Assembly: GCA_038872135.1 (NCBI GenBank)
Contig: JAVZGN010000019.1
Span: 1-19,702, forward strand
DNA from: Candidatus Hadarchaeales archaeon
GTDB taxonomy: Archaea > Hadarchaeota > Hadarchaeia > Hadarchaeales > Hadarchaeaceae
DNA: 19,702 nt
Direction of reading: 5' to 3'
Numbering within the stretch: the stretch's first letter is position 1; each line of letters starts with the position of its first letter. The notes under the pieces are model-generated. The model was not told where the DNA came from, made no database searches, and saw only the letters and a program-made list of their open reading frames with translations. Below are positions 6,814 through 15,626 of the stretch, piece after piece. A program made the translations under genes and the position numbers.

Positions 6814-7020
6814 TTACACATGGGAACCCTTCTCTCTAGCGCTCAACGGTGTTGACACCATCTCCGGCTTCCAATGCTCCCCATTCTCCTTCATCCATAG
6901 AGCAATCGCCTCCTCTAGAGCCTTAGTGAGGTACCCTCGCTTCAGCCCGAACTTCTCTATCGCCATCTTCCGGAGCCTCTCCTCTCTCTCGTCGTCCAAG
7001 ATCAGTGAGATCTTACCCAC
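6814..7020 (-). CDS. Ribbon-helix-helix (CopG/MetJ-like) DNA-binding protein
   Basis: Alternating beta strand KISLILDD, helix EERLRKMA, then GYLTKALEEAIALW; 68 aa. Confidence 0.75.
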   Translation of the reverse strand: MGKISLILDDEREERLRKMAIEKFGLKRGYLTKALEEAIALWMKENGEHWKPEMVSTPLSAREKGSHV

Positions 7021-7080
7021 TCTCTCACTTTCAACTATCTGATTTTGCCCTTAAATAAGCCTCGGGCAGAAGTCCGACAC

Positions 7081-7137
7081 TGTCAGATAGGTTTATATAA
7101 GAAATTGTCGAATATCTTATTTACGATATCTGATGTC
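7081..7137 (+). promoter_or_regulatory. Promoter/operator block homologous to 782-835
   Basis: TTTATATA at 7092-7099. Manual alignment to 782-835 gives 46 of 54 positions identical plus one 3-nt indel, and both blocks end in GATATCTGATGTC. Confidence 0.6.
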
Positions 7138-7167
7138 GGACAAAAGGGAAAGAAGGCTGGCCCTGAC

Positions 7168-7475
7168 CAGATATTTTATACAAGGCTTCCGAGTTTTTTT
7201 GGGTCTTTCAAGGCCATCGCCAGGAGGAATGTCATGGGCATCTCAGCCATGTTTTCTCTGGCTGGGAACTCGATACACAATGTACACGCTCTTGCAAACA
7301 CTGTGGTTAAAACTTGCATCAACCGAGCCTCCGCTGAACAGAGCACAAGCCCATCCCCCGACACCCTTCTGAGATGTCTCAAGCAAATTGAAGAGGAACC
7401 TCCAGTTTTGATGCTTATAAAGCTCAGGTATGAGTCCTCTTGAGGGCTATACTATATGCACCTACGGGGATACTG
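7168..7475 (+). mobile_element. Internally deleted ISH3-type relic: transposase N-terminal fragment joined to the right end; left boundary uncertain
   Basis: ~7400-7475 (TTTTGATGCTT...GTCCTCTTGAGGG...TACGGGGATACTG) is homologous to ~700-778. The upstream frame encodes RASAEQSTSPSPDTLLRCLKQ, which resembles ISH3 transposase N-termini. Confidence 0.6.
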
Positions 7476-7482
7476 ACTCAAT

Positions 7483-7496
7483 CGAAAGTGCTATAA
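7483..7496 (+). promoter_or_regulatory. Candidate BRE/TATA promoter of the glucan operon
   Basis: CGAAAG followed by CTATAA, ending 27 nt before the ATG at 7524. Confidence 0.4.
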
Positions 7497-7523
7497 CCCC
7501 TCCAAAGAGTTAGGTTAGAGAAA

Positions 7524-8783
7524 ATGAACATCCTCTACTTCCCCTTCGAGTTTCCCCCATTCTTCGTTGGGGGGCTAGGAACATATGCCTTCGAGATGAC
7601 GAGAAGGTTTGCGAAGATGGGCCACAGCGTCACGGTCATGGCAAAGAATCCTGGAGATGCCATCACCCGCGACCTCGTTGAAGGGGTCGAGGTCCACAGG
7701 CCGCTGACAGTCGACGCCATCGATATCCTCCCCATCACCGTCCCCGAAGACGTGAAGCGGTGGCCACTTCAGTCCCAGAACTACTTCTCAGAAGTCTTCA
7801 TGTACAATATCCTTTCGTCAACAAAAGCTGTAAACCTCCTCGTGAAAACCGACAAGAGAAAATTTGATATAATCGCGGCTCACGACTGGCTCGCCTCAAT
7901 CGCCGGCATCCTCTGCAAGAGGGCCCTTCAGCTTCCCCTTGTCTTTCATCTCCACTCGGTTGAGGAAGGCAGGACGGGGGACGGCTCGCCAACGATAAAA
8001 AGTCTGGAGAGGCTTGCCGGGAAAATCGCCGATCTCATCGTTACCGTGAGCTACGCCATGAGGGACCAGCTCGTCTCCCTAGGATATGAGGAGAGGAAGA
8101 TTAGGGTGGTCTACAACGGGGTGGATGAGAAAAAGTACAACCCGGCGAGATTCTCCTCCCACCAGATCTCAGAGTTCAGGGAGAGGATAGGGGTTGGAAG
8201 TAGCCCAATGCTCCTCTTTGTTGGGAGGCTCAACTGGGTGAAGGGGGCAGACACCCTGGTCAGGAGCATGCCCATCATTCTCAAAGAAGTTCCAGACGCA
8301 AAGCTTGTCATCTTGGGGAAGGGAGATCAGGAGGGCCTCATCTCAAGCCTTGTTGCCCAGCTCGGTCTCAAGGACTCTGTAAAACTCCACTACAGGTATG
8401 TGGATGAAAAAGAGAGAATCTTGTACTATGCCGCCTGCGATGTTGCGGTCTTTCCCTCAAAGTATGAGCCATTTGGAATTGTCTGCACAGAAGCGATGAG
8501 CATGGGAAAACCGGTCATCGTGGGGGCGAGGGGAGTTTCCGGCTTCAGGGAGCAGGTGGTTCCCTCCGGCCCCGGAAGGTGTGGCGCCCACATAAACCCC
8601 GACGATCCTTATGACATTGCAAAGTTTGCCATTGAAATGTTAAAGGACAAACAGCTTAGAGAAAAGCTTGGGGAAAACGCCAGAAAGAGGGTTCTTGAAA
8701 GATTCACGCTGGACAAGGTCGCGGATGAAACAATAAAAGTCTACGAGGAGGTTCTCCCAAAAGAAGGCGGAGGGTTTGGTTGA
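7524..8783 (+). CDS. Glycosyltransferase family 4 (GT-B, glycogen synthase-like)
   Basis: EFPP..VGGLG, AHDW, FVGRL...KG and EPFGIVCTEAM (E-x7-E). Confidence 0.93.
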   Translation: MNILYFPFEFPPFFVGGLGTYAFEMTRRFAKMGHSVTVMAKNPGDAITRDLVEGVEVHRPLTVDAIDILPITVPEDVKRWPLQSQNYFSEVFMYNILSSTKAVNLLVKTDKRKFDIIAAHDWLASIAGILCKRALQLPLVFHLHSVEEGRTGDGSPTIKSLERLAGKIADLIVTVSYAMRDQLVSLGYEERKIRVVYNGVDEKKYNPARFSSHQISEFRERIGVGSSPMLLFVGRLNWVKGADTLVRSMPIILKEVPDAKLVILGKGDQEGLISSLVAQLGLKDSVKLHYRYVDEKERILYYAACDVAVFPSKYEPFGIVCTEAMSMGKPVIVGARGVSGFREQVVPSGPGRCGAHINPDDPYDIAKFAIEMLKDKQLREKLGENARKRVLERFTLDKVADETIKVYEEVLPKEGGGFG

Positions 8784-10750
8784 GGCTCAGCATCGACGGT
8801 GCCCGAGACCTCGAGAATTACCTTAGGAAAGAGTGGTTGATTTCCAACGGGCTGGGGGGATATGCATCCTCAACTGTCCTCGGAATCAACACAAGAAAAT
8901 ATCATGGGCTTCTAGTGGTTCCATTTGCAGCTCCCCCGTTTTCAAGAAAACTCATCCTGGAGAAATTTGAGGAGAGGCTTGAGGGAAGAGAGGTCTTGAA
9001 TCTCTCATCCAACGAATACCCCGGGGTCATCCACCCAGACGGCTACAGAAATCTCATGAGCTACCGGCAGGACCCTCTCCCAACCTTCCATTACTCTTCC
9101 AAGAGCGGGATATCGGTGATAAAAACAGTTTTCATGCCCTATGGACTAAACGCTGTTGTTGCTGAATACTCGATTGAAAACCCGACGGGTGAAAAACTCA
9201 GCTTCAAGATTTTCCCCCTCATCAATTTCAGGGACATCCACTCTCTGACCAAGTTGGGATCTCTGAAATTTCTGGAGGAGCACGGGAAAACATACGCTTC
9301 TCTCAGCCTCAAAGGATCATCCTCCCCATTCATCACCCTATGCTCGGACCAGATGCGCTATTCTCCATCAGAGCTAGAGGAAGAGCAGAAATGGTACAAA
9401 AATTTCCTCTACAGGGAAGAGCGGGAGCGCGGGTATGATTTCATGGAGGATGCCTACTGCCCGGGAACTTTCGAGGCGGAGCTGTCATCTAAGAACACAA
9501 AAATCTTCATCGCAGCCGTGAAAGGGGGTGAAAAAGATTCCATTAAAAAGCTGATATCTCCCGAGGAACTTGAGAAGCTCAAAGAAGAGACAAAGACGAG
9601 ACTGTGGCGCCTTGTTGAAAGAAGCGGCCTGGGAATGGAGTGGAGGCATCTCTGTTGGGCAGCCGACTCCTTCATCACCGGCAACAAAATCATCGCCGGC
9701 TACCACTGGTTCTGCTGCTGGGGCAGAGACACCTCGATTGCCCTGCCAGGCCTGACCCTGGTTACCGAGAGATTTGAAGAGGCTAGAAAAATCCTCCTTT
9801 ATCTCGCCGGGAGGATGAATGGCTGGCTCATCCCCACGTGGTTCGAGGAAGATTCTGCCGGCTATGAAAGCCTAGACCCGTCTTTGTGGTTCATTTACGC
9901 TGTTCACAAATACCTCTCATATACAGATGATGTCGAGATGGCGAAAAGGATGTGGCCCATCTGCTCGGGAATTTTGAGGGCGATATCTTCCGGGAGCATC
10001 AGAGGGGTGAAATTGGAGAGGGATGGGCTTCTTTCCAGCAATCTGATCACATGGATGGATGCAAAGGTTGGGGGAGTCCCGGTGACGCCCAGAGCCGGAA
10101 AGGCGGTGGAAATCAATGCCCTCTGGTACAATGCCCTGAAAAGCGTTGCCGGCATTGGGAGAAGGATTGGAATGAGCTTTCCGCTTGGTAAGCTTGCAGA
10201 AAAAGTTAGAGAGAATTTCTTGCGGGCCTTTTGGGATGAGAAAAGGGAATGCCTTTTCGACGTGGTTGGAGGAGAAGACGGCATTCGCCCCAACCAGATT
10301 TTTGCCATCAGCCTCCCCTTCCCCGTAGTTGACACAAACACCGGAAGAAGAATAGTTGAAGCCGTGAGACGTGAACTCCTCACGGAATTTGGGCTCAGGA
10401 GCCTCTCAAAGGGTAGCCCCTTCTACAAGGGGCGATATCAGGGAAACATCATTGAAAGAGATATTGCATACCATCAGGGGACTGTGTGGAGCTGGCTTAT
10501 CGGGCCTTTCATCACGGCCTTCATAAGGACGGGTGGAAGCAGGGAAGAAGCCATGAACATCTTGAAACCTCTGATCACGACCCACCTCGAAGATGCTGGA
10601 ATTGGAACAATTTCAGAGATTTTTGATGGTGATTCTCCTCACCTTCCCAGAGGGTGCATCTCCCAAGCCTGGAGCGTTGGAGAAATCCTCCGCTGCTATG
10701 CCGAGGACATAAAAGGGTTAAAGCCGGAGTACGAGAATCTATATCGATGA
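8780..10750 (+). CDS. Amylo-alpha-1,6-glucosidase / glycogen debranching enzyme (GH133-like, archaeal type)
   Basis: EWLISNGLGGYASST, TRKYHGLL, AGYHWF..WGRDT, TWMDAK, TPRAGKAVEINALWYNAL, RPNQ, YHQGTVW, EIFDG and QAWSV. Confidence 0.95.
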   Translation: MRLSIDGARDLENYLRKEWLISNGLGGYASSTVLGINTRKYHGLLVVPFAAPPFSRKLILEKFEERLEGREVLNLSSNEYPGVIHPDGYRNLMSYRQDPLPTFHYSSKSGISVIKTVFMPYGLNAVVAEYSIENPTGEKLSFKIFPLINFRDIHSLTKLGSLKFLEEHGKTYASLSLKGSSSPFITLCSDQMRYSPSELEEEQKWYKNFLYREERERGYDFMEDAYCPGTFEAELSSKNTKIFIAAVKGGEKDSIKKLISPEELEKLKEETKTRLWRLVERSGLGMEWRHLCWAADSFITGNKIIAGYHWFCCWGRDTSIALPGLTLVTERFEEARKILLYLAGRMNGWLIPTWFEEDSAGYESLDPSLWFIYAVHKYLSYTDDVEMAKRMWPICSGILRAISSGSIRGVKLERDGLLSSNLITWMDAKVGGVPVTPRAGKAVEINALWYNALKSVAGIGRRIGMSFPLGKLAEKVRENFLRAFWDEKRECLFDVVGGEDGIRPNQIFAISLPFPVVDTNTGRRIVEAVRRELLTEFGLRSLSKGSPFYKGRYQGNIIERDIAYHQGTVWSWLIGPFITAFIRTGGSREEAMNILKPLITTHLEDAGIGTISEIFDGDSPHLPRGCISQAWSVGEILRCYAEDIKGLKPEYENLYR

Positions 10751-12285
10751 CGGCGATAACCCTGAGCTTTGAGGTTCACCAGCCCCTCAGGATAGAGAAG
10801 AACTTTACCGAAGACATGGGGAGGGGAAAATCCCCAGAAGATCTTTTGGAAGTTTACTTTAACAACACTTGGAACAAGGAGATCTTCTTGCGGGCGGCAA
10901 AGAAATGCTACCGGCCCGCCACCCAGATAATCCTTGAAAACATCAAAATGTTCAAGGGGAAGAAAAAGGAGTTCAAGGTCGCCTTCAGCCTCTCCGGGGT
11001 TTTCATTGAACAATGTAGAAGATGGGCACCTGATGTCCTCGACCTCTTCAGGAAAATTGCCGACACGGAGTGCGCGGAGTTCCTCTGCCAGACTTACTAC
11101 CACTCCCTCTCAAGCATTTTCTCCGCGGAGCGGGGAGAATTCATGGATCAAGTGCTGGAGCACAGGAGGGCGATAATGGAAAACTTCTACCAGACACCAA
11201 AAGTCTTTGAAAACACAGAATTCATCTACAACAACTCAATAGCCAAGACTGTTTCATCTCTAGGCTTCGAGGGAATTTTCACGGAGGGGGCTGAGAGAAT
11301 TCTGGGCTGGAGATCTCCAAACTATGTTTACAGGGCTAAAGATGCCCCGATAAAGGTCCTTCTCAGGAATTACCGCCTCTCAGATGACATCTCCTTCAGG
11401 TTTTCCAACCGCGACTGGGAGGGATGGCCGATGACAGCCGACAAATTTTCCTACTGGCTGGCCTGCACCCCTGGAGACTGCATAAACCTCTTTATGGACT
11501 ATGAGACTTTTGGGGAGCACCAGTGGCCAGAAACCGGAATTCACGAGTTCCTCCGATGGCTCCCCGGTGAAATTCTAAAGCATGAGAATTTAGAGTTTAA
11601 AACACCATCAGAACTCATCAAAAAAGAGGCAGTTGGGGAGATAGATGTCCATGATTTCGACACTGTTTCCTGGGCGGATGTTAAGAGAAGCACTGACGCA
11701 TGGCTCGGGAACGATATGCAAAGAACATCCTTTGAAGCCGTGAAAAATTTGGAGCCCTTCGTTAGAGCCACCAAAAACTCTGTACTTCTAAAAATCTGGC
11801 GGCTCCTTCAGACCAGCGACCACATCTACTACATGTACACCGAGCCCGGTGCCTCGGGGCTCGTTCACGGCTACTTCAGCCAACAGTTTCCGACCGAGGC
11901 CTTCTGGAGCTTCCTGAGGATCCTCTCAGATTTCTACATGAAAGTTTCGGAAAATCTTTCAGGGAGGTTAAAAGAGGCCGCCAAACTGCTGAGAGTCCTT
12001 CCACCCGACAGAGCCTTCCACTTCCATGAGGATGGAAGATACATAGGTCTATCCGCCCACAGCCTAGAAGAGCTGAAAAATGCCCTCCCCTATGCATCAG
12101 AGACATCAATTCTTTTCCACATGGCCTGCAAGCACTTTGAGAAGTGGATAAGGTTTACGATAGGGGACTCTGAGCTTGCGGATAAAATTTCTAAGGCTGA
12201 AGGTCGCAGTGCAGCCGAACTCAGGGAAAGGATTTATGAGTTGATAAACCGAAGGATTTTGGAGCTGAAGAGTGTGGTGGAATGA
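10747..12285 (+). CDS. Glycoside hydrolase family 57 (alpha-amylase type) with a C-terminal DUF5752-like domain
   Basis: FEVHQP, QTYYH, NTE (nucleophile), DYETFGEHQW (acid/base) and QTSDH. The start is ATG 10747, overlapping the upstream stop (ATGA). C-terminal AFHF...AHSLEEL...FH...FEKWI...GDSELA. Confidence 0.93.
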   Translation: MTAITLSFEVHQPLRIEKNFTEDMGRGKSPEDLLEVYFNNTWNKEIFLRAAKKCYRPATQIILENIKMFKGKKKEFKVAFSLSGVFIEQCRRWAPDVLDLFRKIADTECAEFLCQTYYHSLSSIFSAERGEFMDQVLEHRRAIMENFYQTPKVFENTEFIYNNSIAKTVSSLGFEGIFTEGAERILGWRSPNYVYRAKDAPIKVLLRNYRLSDDISFRFSNRDWEGWPMTADKFSYWLACTPGDCINLFMDYETFGEHQWPETGIHEFLRWLPGEILKHENLEFKTPSELIKKEAVGEIDVHDFDTVSWADVKRSTDAWLGNDMQRTSFEAVKNLEPFVRATKNSVLLKIWRLLQTSDHIYYMYTEPGASGLVHGYFSQQFPTEAFWSFLRILSDFYMKVSENLSGRLKEAAKLLRVLPPDRAFHFHEDGRYIGLSAHSLEELKNALPYASETSILFHMACKHFEKWIRFTIGDSELADKISKAEGRSAAELRERIYELINRRILELKSVVE

Positions 12286-13448
12286 AAATAGCTATGCTCT
12301 CGTGGGAATCCCTCCACTCGATAAAAGTGGGCGGTCTAGCGATAGTGGTCACGAGGTTGGCCGAGGAATTGGCAAAGAGAGGACATGATGTTCATCTCAT
12401 AACGAGATGGGGGGATGGGCAGACGGATTATGAGTTCATCAATGGCGTTCACTATCATAGGTGCAAGTTTGATCCCGGGATGAACCTCCTCCATTTCGCG
12501 TACAACATGTCAAAATCTTTTGTTGCATGCCTCCATGAGATTGAGAAAATTTATGGAAAGTTTGATATCATCCATGGGCACGACTGGCATGTAGTGGATG
12601 CCCTCCACGATTTGAAGCAGGAGGGGCGAAAGGTTGTCCTGACATTTCACTCCACTGAGTACGGGAGGAATGGAGGGCAGTTTGGAGACTGGTGGGAGTT
12701 CAAGGAAGTTTCTGGAAAGGAGTGGTATGGAGGATATATCGCAGACAGGATAACCACAGTTTCAAACGCCATGAGAAATGAGCTGGCTTGGCTCTATAAA
12801 GTTCCCATTGAAAAAGTTGATGTCATTCCCAACGCCATAGACCCAAGGAAATATCAGATGAAGGTTGACCCCGGGAGGATAAAGGAGAAGTATGGGATAC
12901 ATCCGCTGGCCCCAACGGTCCTTTATGTTGGACGGCTCTGCAAGCAGAAGGGACCTGATCTCTTGGTGGAAGCCATTCCCCGGGTTCTGGCAAACAGGTG
13001 GGATGTAAAGTTTGTGTTCGCTGGGGAAGGAGGAATGAGAGATTACCTCCAGAGGCGAGCCTGGGAGCTTGGAGTTGGGGAAGCTGTGAGATTCCCGGGA
13101 TATCTCGACTACTGGAGGTATGTGGAGATGCTCAACTCCACCGACATCGTCTGCATTCCGAGCAGAAATGAGCCATTTGGATTAACACTGCTGGAGGCGA
13201 TGTCGACGGGCAGGGCAATAGTGGCCACAGATGTAGGGGGACTTGGGGAGAACATTGAAAATTTTGTCGACGGGGTGAAAGTTTACCCAACGCCAGACTC
13301 CATTGCCTGGGGCATCAACTACCTCCTAAACAATCCTGAGGCCATGAGGGAGATGTCATCGAAAGCCATTGAGAAGGTGAAGCAGTTCAGCTGGTCGAAC
13401 AGCATCGGCAAGCTCATGGAATCTTACAGGAGGGCGCTGGGGCAGTAA
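12282..13448 (+). CDS. Glycosyltransferase family 4
   Basis: SWESLHSIKVGGL, HGHDW, YVGRL..QKG and EPFGLTLLEAM; ATGA overlap with the GH57 gene. Confidence 0.93.
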   Translation: MKIAMLSWESLHSIKVGGLAIVVTRLAEELAKRGHDVHLITRWGDGQTDYEFINGVHYHRCKFDPGMNLLHFAYNMSKSFVACLHEIEKIYGKFDIIHGHDWHVVDALHDLKQEGRKVVLTFHSTEYGRNGGQFGDWWEFKEVSGKEWYGGYIADRITTVSNAMRNELAWLYKVPIEKVDVIPNAIDPRKYQMKVDPGRIKEKYGIHPLAPTVLYVGRLCKQKGPDLLVEAIPRVLANRWDVKFVFAGEGGMRDYLQRRAWELGVGEAVRFPGYLDYWRYVEMLNSTDIVCIPSRNEPFGLTLLEAMSTGRAIVATDVGGLGENIENFVDGVKVYPTPDSIAWGINYLLNNPEAMREMSSKAIEKVKQFSWSNSIGKLMESYRRALGQ

Positions 13449-14369
13449 ATGGCGGCACCGAAAATTGTCGCAGTTGGAGACATAAACGCAGACATTATTC
13501 TCAGGACCCCGCTGCCGGCAAGGGGAACTCAGGTGCTTGTTGAGAAGATGGAGATCCATGGGGGAGGATGCGCCACGAATTTTGCCTTCGCCTGCGCAAG
13601 GTTGGGGGCCAAGGTCAAGCTTGTGGCAAGAGTCGGGAAAGATTTGATTGGAGAAATGATTTTGAGAAATCTCAGACGAGGGGGCGTGGATGTCTCGGGT
13701 GTTATCGCTGGAAAAGGCGGTACGGGGCTTACTTTAGCTCTCGTGGATGAGAAGGAGCGATCCTTCATCTCTTTCCGCGGAGAAAATGAAATTTTGTCAC
13801 TAGAAAACATCGACGAAAAAGAGCTGGAGGGGGATCTCGTCCACATCCCCTCCTTCTTCTTGCTTAGATCCCTGCAGCCAGACTACCCCAAGCTCATGAA
13901 GAATGCAAAGAAAAATGGTGCCCTTGTTTCTTTCGACACCGGATGGGATCCAAAGGGGTGGTGGAGCAGAAACCGATTTCTTCTGCCGACGATAAAAGAA
14001 GCGAACATGTTTTTTCCGAATCTCCGGGAAGCTGCAAAAATCCTGGAGAAAAAGGCTTCTCCACAAGCCCTCGCTAGGGATCTCATCAAACTTGGTCCGA
14101 AGATAGTCACAATCAAGATGGGGGAAAAGGGCGCGATTGCAGCTGAAGCCGATGGAAAAATTTACACTTCAAAAGCATTCAAGGTGAAAGTGGTGGATAC
14201 GACTGGGGCTGGGGATGTTTTCAACGCTGGTTTTGTCGTTTCTTACCTTCGCACAAAAGATGTTGATTTTTCCCTGAGATTTGGATGTGCCGCGGCCGCC
14301 CTGAGCATAACTGGAGTTGGATGGGAAAAATATCCGAGCTTTAAGGATGTCGAAATGATGCTCCGGTGA
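13449..14369 (+). CDS. PfkB/ribokinase-family carbohydrate kinase
   Basis: GGCATNFA...RLG, VGKD..G, PNxxE and DTTGAGDVFNAGF; directly abuts the upstream stop (TAAATG). Confidence 0.93.
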   Translation: MAAPKIVAVGDINADIILRTPLPARGTQVLVEKMEIHGGGCATNFAFACARLGAKVKLVARVGKDLIGEMILRNLRRGGVDVSGVIAGKGGTGLTLALVDEKERSFISFRGENEILSLENIDEKELEGDLVHIPSFFLLRSLQPDYPKLMKNAKKNGALVSFDTGWDPKGWWSRNRFLLPTIKEANMFFPNLREAAKILEKKASPQALARDLIKLGPKIVTIKMGEKGAIAAEADGKIYTSKAFKVKVVDTTGAGDVFNAGFVVSYLRTKDVDFSLRFGCAAAALSITGVGWEKYPSFKDVEMMLR

Positions 14370-14538
14370 TTAATCGTTGTAAAGGTATCTATTATTTCCG
14401 TCGCTCGAATCGACTCTTGAGCTGTAACATGCCCGTTTCGAGAATAAATCACTCTGCCTGAGGACCACATCTCCAAAAAAGCGCAATAACCGATTGTCTT
14501 TTATCTTGTTGCTGATATTTATTTCCCGAGGTGATCGC

Positions 14539-15525
14539 ATAGCCAAGATATACTATGATAAGGATGCAGATCTGGAAATTCTGAAAGGGAAAACGATAGC
14601 TATAATCGGCTATGGAAACCAGGGGCAGGCGCAGGCAAACAACTTGAGAGATTCGGGTTGCAAAGTGATCATCGGCAGTATAAAGGATGCCAGCTATGAG
14701 CAGGCTGTAAAAGATGGATTTGAGGTCTATGACATCTCTGAGGCGGCAAAAAGGGGAGACATCGTCCACATCCTCATCCCCGACGAATATCAGGCAGATG
14801 TTTACAAAGAACACATTGCCCAGCACATGAAGAAGGGAAAAACCCTCTGTTTCAGCCACGGCTTCAACATCCACTTCAAGCAGATAGTTCCACCCCCGGA
14901 AGTAGATGTGATAATGATTGCCCCGAAAGCACCTGGCGCAATTCTGAGACGAATGTTCCAGCAAGGGTCGGGAACCCCGGGAATCCTGGCGGTCTACCAA
15001 AATCCCAGCGGAAAGGCCAGAGAAGTGGCTTTAGCGATGGCAAAGGGTGTAGGGCTCACGAGAATAGGAGTTGTGGAAACAACATTCAAAGAGGAGGTAG
15101 AAACAGATCTCTTTGGGGAGCAGGCTGTCCTCGTGGGTGGAGTCTCAGAGCTGATGAAGGCTGGGTTTGAGACGCTGGTGGAAGCTGGCTATCAACCGGA
15201 GATCGCCTACTTCGAATGCATCAATGAACTGAAACTCATCATCGACCTCGTTTATGAACATGGAATCGAGGGGATGATGAAGGCTGTGAGCAACACCGCG
15301 GAATATGGGGGACGCACAAGAGGAAAGTGGGTCATCGATGAAAATGTAAGAAAAACCATGAAAAAGATGCTGGAGGAAATTCAGTCGGGGAAGTTTGCGG
15401 AGGAATGGATAAAGGAGAGCAGGAATGGAATCCCAAATCTCAGGAAGATGAGGGAAGAAGCTAAGGAGCATCTTGTCGAAAAGGTCGGGAGAGAGCTCAG
15501 AAAGTGGGCCGGCATAGAAAAGTAG
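14539..15525 (+). CDS. ilvC: Ketol-acid reductoisomerase (class I)
   Basis: AKIYYDKDAD, IIGYGNQG, FSHGFNIHF, APKAPG and EVETDLFGEQAVL. The apparent start is ATA at 14539 after GAGGTGA. Confidence 0.96.
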   Translation: MAKIYYDKDADLEILKGKTIAIIGYGNQGQAQANNLRDSGCKVIIGSIKDASYEQAVKDGFEVYDISEAAKRGDIVHILIPDEYQADVYKEHIAQHMKKGKTLCFSHGFNIHFKQIVPPPEVDVIMIAPKAPGAILRRMFQQGSGTPGILAVYQNPSGKAREVALAMAKGVGLTRIGVVETTFKEEVETDLFGEQAVLVGGVSELMKAGFETLVEAGYQPEIAYFECINELKLIIDLVYEHGIEGMMKAVSNTAEYGGRTRGKWVIDENVRKTMKKMLEEIQSGKFAEEWIKESRNGIPNLRKMREEAKEHLVEKVGRELRKWAGIEK

Positions 15526-15626
15526 TCCTGCCCACGGAGATGGTAACATTAGTTGAAGGAGATCAGAGTAATAATGATGACGCCGTAATAGTTAAATGTC
15601 AGAAAGAGATGCCAAATTGTGATCAC

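Noticed and set aside
10654-10746. N-terminal extension of GH57 in the ORF track
   Set aside because: It overlaps the conserved C-terminus of the debranching enzyme; ATG 10747 gives a standard ATGA coupling.
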